A stretch of 63,903 nt of DNA, filler included, from Collodictyon triciliatum (lineage: Eukaryota): the NCBI GenBank assembly GCA_043381765.1. It is 5 parts of 5 records of this genome, joined end to end, with 100 filler letters (N's around TTAATTAATTAA, not from the genome) between each part and the next. Parts side by side here need not be neighbours in the genome. Positions count along the whole stretch, not along the records: positions 52,881 to 63,903 come from JBHJMP010002080.1; 4 more parts are not named here. The stretch is one strand, 5' to 3'. Positions 58,202 through 63,903 of the stretch are shown piece after piece. Position 1 is the first letter of the stretch. Every line of letters begins with the position of its first letter. A model generated the notes under the pieces. The model saw only the letters and a program-made list of their open reading frames with translations. It made no database searches and was not told the origin of the DNA. The translations under genes and the position numbers were made by a program.

Positions 58202-58215
58202 ATTGGGCTGATTGG
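58202..58215. promoter_or_regulatory. Two ATTGG (inverted CCAAT) boxes in the divergent SSU72/PLAA intergenic region
   Basis: gATTGGgctgATTGG lies ~120 nt upstream of the PLAA ATG, in a ~660-nt head-to-head spacer. Confidence 0.3.
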
Positions 58216-58335
58216 AAGAAAGGCGGAGGCTTTCTTTTCTTCTCCCTCTTACTTATCGGAAATCAACTTGTTTATGTGAAGACCTAAATAAAATGTATAA
58301 TAACAATAATAATAGTCAAGGGACTGCGAGAAAGC

Positions 58336-58514
58336 ATGTCGCGTGAGTTTAAACTATCGGCTGAGTTGCGAGGACATGATCAAGATGTAAGCGAAGCCCC
58401 AAACTCTGTGAAGACCTTACGAATTTTTTATTTTTATTTTTCCTTTCAATTTGTGCGAGTTGTGAAGATCGTTGCGCCGATTCCCTTTTTTTGATTATTA
58501 ATTTTTCCTATTTC

Positions 58515-58583
<69 letters not shown>

Positions 58584-61500
58584 GATTATTATGATTATGA
58601 TTATGATTATGAATATTGTTGTGATTATTATTTCTATTATATACCCTCGTTCGTTTGAAGGCTCCTCTCCCCTTTCCTGGTAATAACGCTCTGAAACTCT
58701 CCAGGTTCGCTCGGTTACTGCGCTCCACCAAAACATGATCGGGACCGGCTCGCGCGATCGATCTGTTTCAGTGTGGCAAAATCTTAACACTCAACCACCC
58801 TCTTATGCTCAAGCTCGACAGTTTTATCAACACCGTGAGTACTTTGGTGTATGTCTGATCCAATAGTTTATCTATTTTTCTGACCTCTAGTGGAATATCT
58901 TTTTTTCTCTCTCATTATTCCTCAATTTTCTCTTAATCTTCAAAAACTACAAAATTCATTTAAATACACCATTCTGTCTCGAATATCACTGTGATATTTT
59001 CTTTCCGTTTTGGTATACATGTTGTAATTGCTTAGCAGTAGTCCTGGATTTCTTATTAATTTTACTTTTTGTGACATTCGATATGAAATCCTATATAATT
59101 GTATCGTTGCAAAACAGAAAACTTTGTCACTTGTATTTCGTCCATCCCTCCTTGTCCACACTATCCAGAAGGCGGTATTGTCTCCGGATCGAACAACACG
59201 TTCATTTGCACATGGTTTGTAGCTTTGTAATTTTTTTCATAGCCCCCTAAAAAAAATACTTCCTTTTTTTCTCCTTCCCTCTCATTTTTGGGTAGGAGGA
59301 GTGTTTTGCTCTTTGTTTAGATGCCATCAAATTATGATACATAATTTTATTCCAACACGAATTTCATATATACTTACGATCAATCTTGAAGGTCTCTTAA
59401 TTCTCTCATCGAGCCTGTCCATACCATGATTGGGCATGAAAATGCGGTTTCTGCTGTGGTTGCAGCACAAGATGGAACCATTATTTCTGGCTCGTGGGAC
59501 AAGTAAAATAAATAATTCACATACTTTCACCTTTCTTCCTACCTCGTTCAAATACAAAATAATGTTGTTCGACAATAAGAGCGGTCGATCAAAGAGAAAG
59601 TCTTGAAATAATGCCGCACTGTAGGACAATTCGCATCTGGAAACAAGGGAAATGCGTGAAAATTTTAAAAGGCACGAACATAGTGTCTTAGGGCTTTGCA
59701 TTCTTCCTTCTGGAGATATTCTTTCTTGTACAAGCCAAATTTTATTGAAAAATTCATTACATCATAATTTTCCTATGTTTTTCTTATCGCTCATGTGCTA
59801 GTCAAGATCTCCGCCATCCTGCACAAACTCGAAAGGAAGAATAAAAAAATCGCTCATGTGCTAATTTACGATGAAAATATTTAGGTTCCTCGGATAGAAC
59901 AATCCGCCTATGGAGAGAAGGCCAAACGATCAAGACATACTTAGGTCATGAAGATGCCGTTCGCGGCATGTGTTTGGTGGAGGGAATAGGATTTGCCTCA
60001 TGCAGCAATGATTGGTAACATTTATTCAAAGTCACGATTTTTTCTCAATAAGTAAAAACACAGATAACTTTATTTTCCATCACAAAACACTGTTTCGATT
60101 TTCTTCGCTCTTCACAAAATGCATATCTCCTACCTTAGTACGGTCAGGCTATGGGTTTTTGATGGAAGTTGTGCTGCTGTACTTCATGGACATGACTCAT
60201 TCATTTACTCTATATCTGTCATGAGAGAAATGGTTGTCACTGCATCTGAGGATTGTACTATTCGAGTGTGGTCATGTTAGTACGCATATTGGTGATAATA
60301 TAGCTAAAGGTGAGTGATTTAGTTTTACCCACTAAGTTAATTTTGATTGTTTTTCTTTTCGCAAAAAAAAAAAAAAAAAAAAAAAAAAAACATCAAAAAG
60401 TGGAAACCAAGGACTGCGTACAAATAATACATCACCCTAAACCTGTTTGGTCCGTGGCATTCTTACAAAATGGAGATTTTGTTTCTGGATGCCAGGTTTT
60501 GATATTTTTCGTTTAGCTACCATATACATTTCAAGGTTGTTAGAGAAAAATAGTAGCTAGGTTGAGTCTATTTGAATCGTTACATTCGTCAATTTGAATT
60601 ATTATTTGCTTTGGTTTTTAAGATTTTTTTAAAAAAAAATTCATGTAGGACACTATTGCTCGTGTCTGGACCAGGAATCCGAATGAAGTTGCGAGCGATG
60701 AGACAATAAGACTTTTTAACGAATCTATTTTGGCTTCAGCTAGTGCAAAGTATTATAATTCTAAAATTATTTCATGTTAATTCACCACTGTTACGTCATC
60801 GAATCAAGTTTTACTCTATGGTATTTTTGTACTATGATTATTAGCCTTACTAGCATTATTCTTGTTGTAAAAAATAGTCCTGGAAATTCACAGTCTGTCG
60901 ATATTACAAAACTTCCTGGAAAAGAAGCTCTTCTATCCCCCGGTTAGTGATGTCGCCCTTTACTCTTATATACTGGGGGATTGTCATATATATGCATGAT
61001 ATTCTTTTCATTTTAATTGTGAAATTTAGGAAAGAACGATGGCCAACACATGATGGTTCGTGAGGGACAAGAGGCCTTCGTTTATCAATGGAGCGAAAGC
61101 AGCAGTGAATGGATTAAGGTTGCTTCTTATTTATGTATCTGGCATTTAATTGACGTACAATCGTAATTTTTGTCTCTTTCACGCCACAATATATGAAGCG
61201 TTTCAAAAAGATTTGGTTGTGGCGTGCGCTATTTTGTTCATAATAACATAATTATTTTAACATCATTTTCATATTTGCGAATAGATTGACCAGGTCACTG
61301 TCCAGTCAGCTCCATCCAAGAAAGAACTGGAAGGTGTAGAGTACGACTACATATTCGATGTTGACTTAGACGGTGGATTAGTTTTGCAGATAGGATACAA
61401 CAATGGGGGTAAAAATTGTTCATATGATTATATCGACTTTCTGTAATTTTGATTATTTATGAATCTAGACTTTTTCTTATTTTCCAATTCATGAATTTTA

Positions 61501-63705
61501 CAGATTGAAATATGGTATATATACTTAGATAATCCCTACGAAATTGCTCAAGATTTCATTCATAAGCACGAACTGCCCCAAGTATTTTCTCATCTTTTCC
61601 ATATTATTTAATATGTGAGTTGCCGCAAAGTAATGATATTAGTCACGACTATGATAATTGTTCAAAACGAAATCATTTTAACATTAGGAATATCTGGATG
61701 CCATTGCCCAGCATTTGATTCAGAATACAAATCAGAGCACTCAGCAGTACAGTGGATATAATCCTGGTCGACCTTATACATCCTCTCTAGAATGATAATA
61801 GTAACAATAATAATAAATGAAACAGAGTCCATGAGATATAAATGCTATTTTTATCCTCTGTAAAGGGAAATAATAATATATTGACTTATCCGATTCAGAT
61901 CCTTACACCGGTGGAAACAGAGAACATTCGGTGCGATGAATTTTACTTATCTTGTATGAACAACTAGAGTTATCTATTCCATCGATTTTAATAATTGGTC
62001 CTCATAGAATACGGCTTACCATACATCCGCAACACCAATACCTGCAAAACCAGTACCAACATCGCGAGAATTAAATTTTGTCCCGCTGGTAAATATGGTC
62101 ATATAGTTTGCTTATATCTATCTTGGCTTCTATGGATAATATATGAGCCTTGGGTCACCATTTTTATACACCTTAGAACAAAGCAATTCCCTTCGATAGT
62201 AAGAGTCAGCTGGATAGGATGAAAATCAAAATAATTGAATTAAATGACAGCCTCGAATCAAATGAGGTATGTACCCTTCATGATATTATTACATATTTTC
62301 TATTTACCCAATACGGCCTGTTTATTTCTCTTTGTCTTGCTGGCATTTTTTGTAGCTGAAGAGAAATCCATCTTTTTTGTTACCATCCTTGCATACTGTA
62401 ATCTATCCAGCGAATCACCAATTCCTTGTGTTTTATTAGAGCTTCTCTCAGTATCACTGCTCCATCTCTGAGCTTGGCAGCATTGACAGAATCATATCCG
62501 CGATTGTGGCAAACGAACCGGGTCTGGTTATCCAGGAGACTGACTTCCGCATCCTCAATAGTCTCACTGATTGGCCTGTATCTTGCCTCGTCCCAAGTTT
62601 GTCGCCTAGATATAACTGCTCTCTTTTCTTTTCTTTTCTTTTCTTTTCTTTTCTTTTCTTTTCTTTTCTTTTCTTTTCTTTTCTTTTCTTTTCTTTTCTT
62701 TTCTTTTCTTTTCTTTTCTTTTCTTTTCTTTTTCCCTTTTTTTCCCCCGTTGTTGTTGTTGTTGCTGCTTTTCCTCCTTTATATACTATATCACAGCAGT
62801 GAATATCAGTTAAGATTTATGTGTGCAGTTATCGATCTTCTGCGATTGGTGTGTCTTAGAGATGACGGCGCAGCCTTCCTGAACCTTAATGGACAAATTC
62901 TTCAAAAGATTCTGACATTGGTATTGGCCAGATTCCATCGTTTGTTTGTTTGTTTTATTAATTGTTTATATTATTAACATTTTTTCAAAATTCATGTCAA
63001 TTATATGTTAATTACATTGGCAGTTTTATTGTATTCGCTACATAACATACAAATACCTTAAGAAACTTCCTCGGAGTGATACAAACCTAATTCTCATTAC
63101 GCTTCGGTTCTTTGCCAATCTTTTTGTCAATTCAAGACTGCATAATCTTGTTCGCGGTAAATACGCAGAGGTAAGATCTGAATCAGTCAAATCATAGGTG
63201 CAGATGATTTGTGTTCTATTTATCTTACATACGTCACCCTTTTCTTTCTTTTTTCTTTCTTTTTTCTTTCTTTTTTCTTTCTTTTTTCTTTCTTTTTTCT
63301 TTCTTTTTTCTTTCTTTTTTCTTTCTTTATATTAGTATTAGCACCATTGATATTCCTGTTTGCTTACTATAAATGAATACACCTGACAGATTCTCGATTC
63401 AGTCGCCGGCTTCGGGAGTGCAGCCCATCCTCGAAATATTCGAGAGGCCAATGCCACCACCTTGGCCAAGTATGATTCAGTTAACCTATTTCATATATAT
63501 ACTTTTTATACAATATCTAGAGTACCCTGTTGTTTTAGAGACCTTGTCAACCTCTATTTCTATCTGTTCAGCGCTTCGCTTGTAATTCTCCCAGAAAAGA
63601 ACGAAGATGCTCACATTTTGGTTGTTTCATCGTTGGGTGAAATACTTTGTGACGAAACTGATATTCAAATCCAGCGCCGGCTGTTGGTTGCTTTAGGCAC
63701 TGCTG
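58336..63705 (+). CDS. PLAA: PLAA/Doa1/Ufd3 (WD40 + PFU + PUL); continues beyond the window
   Basis: MSREFKLSAELRGHDQDVRSV, SGSWD, GHEDAVRGM; PFU LEGVEYDYIFDVDL...DNPYEIAQDFIHKHELPQ; DPYTGG; PUL VIDLLRLVCL and RLLVALGT. Confidence 0.96.
59786..59863 (+). mobile_element. Retroposon-like insert, family B, with perfect 15-bp TSD (PLAA intron)
   Basis: atcgctcatgtgcta at 59786-59800 and 59849-59863 flanks a 48-nt insert ending GAAGAATAAAAAA. Confidence 0.72.
62624..62730. repeat. (TTTTC)n microsatellite in a PLAA intron
   Basis: Direct inspection. Confidence 0.95.
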
Positions 63706-63783
63706 TAATAGAATTTCACGAAGCTGTCACATAACTTTACTTGTTTATTTACTTCATCCTTCTTCCTTATTTTCGTGTGAACT

Positions 63784-63823
63784 TGTGTGTGTGTGTGTGT
63801 GTATGTATGTATATGTATATGTA

Positions 63824-63900
<77 letters not shown>

Positions 63901-63903
63901 GTG
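63784..63903. repeat. (GT)n/(GTATGT)n microsatellite
   Basis: Direct inspection. Confidence 0.95.

Overview
Eukaryotic, AT-rich, very intron-dense genomic DNA (short GT-AG introns, many microsatellites), most consistent with an amoeboid protist, probably Amoebozoa-like (inference from the RasGEF and SCAR sequence style). The window is five unrelated contigs joined by artificial 100-nt N44-TTAATTAATTAA-N44 spacers (13138, 26369, 39585, 52781), so adjacency across spacers is meaningless. All genes were reconstructed by manual splicing. Contig 1: an anoctamin/TMEM16 that appears to be fused in frame to an extended-synaptotagmin-like hairpin-SMP-C2 module, and a convergent RasGEF. Contig 2: a 5'-truncated myosin with a class-VI-like motor and a very long exon-repeat coiled-coil tail. 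Contig 3: a stand-alone DUF3506/FBXO31-like domain gene, a 4xCH-domain gene and a pseudokinase-SAM-like-Sel1 gene. Contig 4: a small orphan, a low-complexity protein, SCAR/WAVE and NDRG. Contig 5: a partial ABCC transporter, Ssu72 and PLAA/Doa1. Main highlights: the scramblase-lipid-transfer fusion with a degenerate TMEM16 Ca2+ site, the myosin-VI-like motor with a 25/46-residue exon-modular rod, a 2-nt microexon, and a family of ~20-50-nt retroposon stubs with target-site duplications. No rRNA, tRNA or CRISPR features were recognised.
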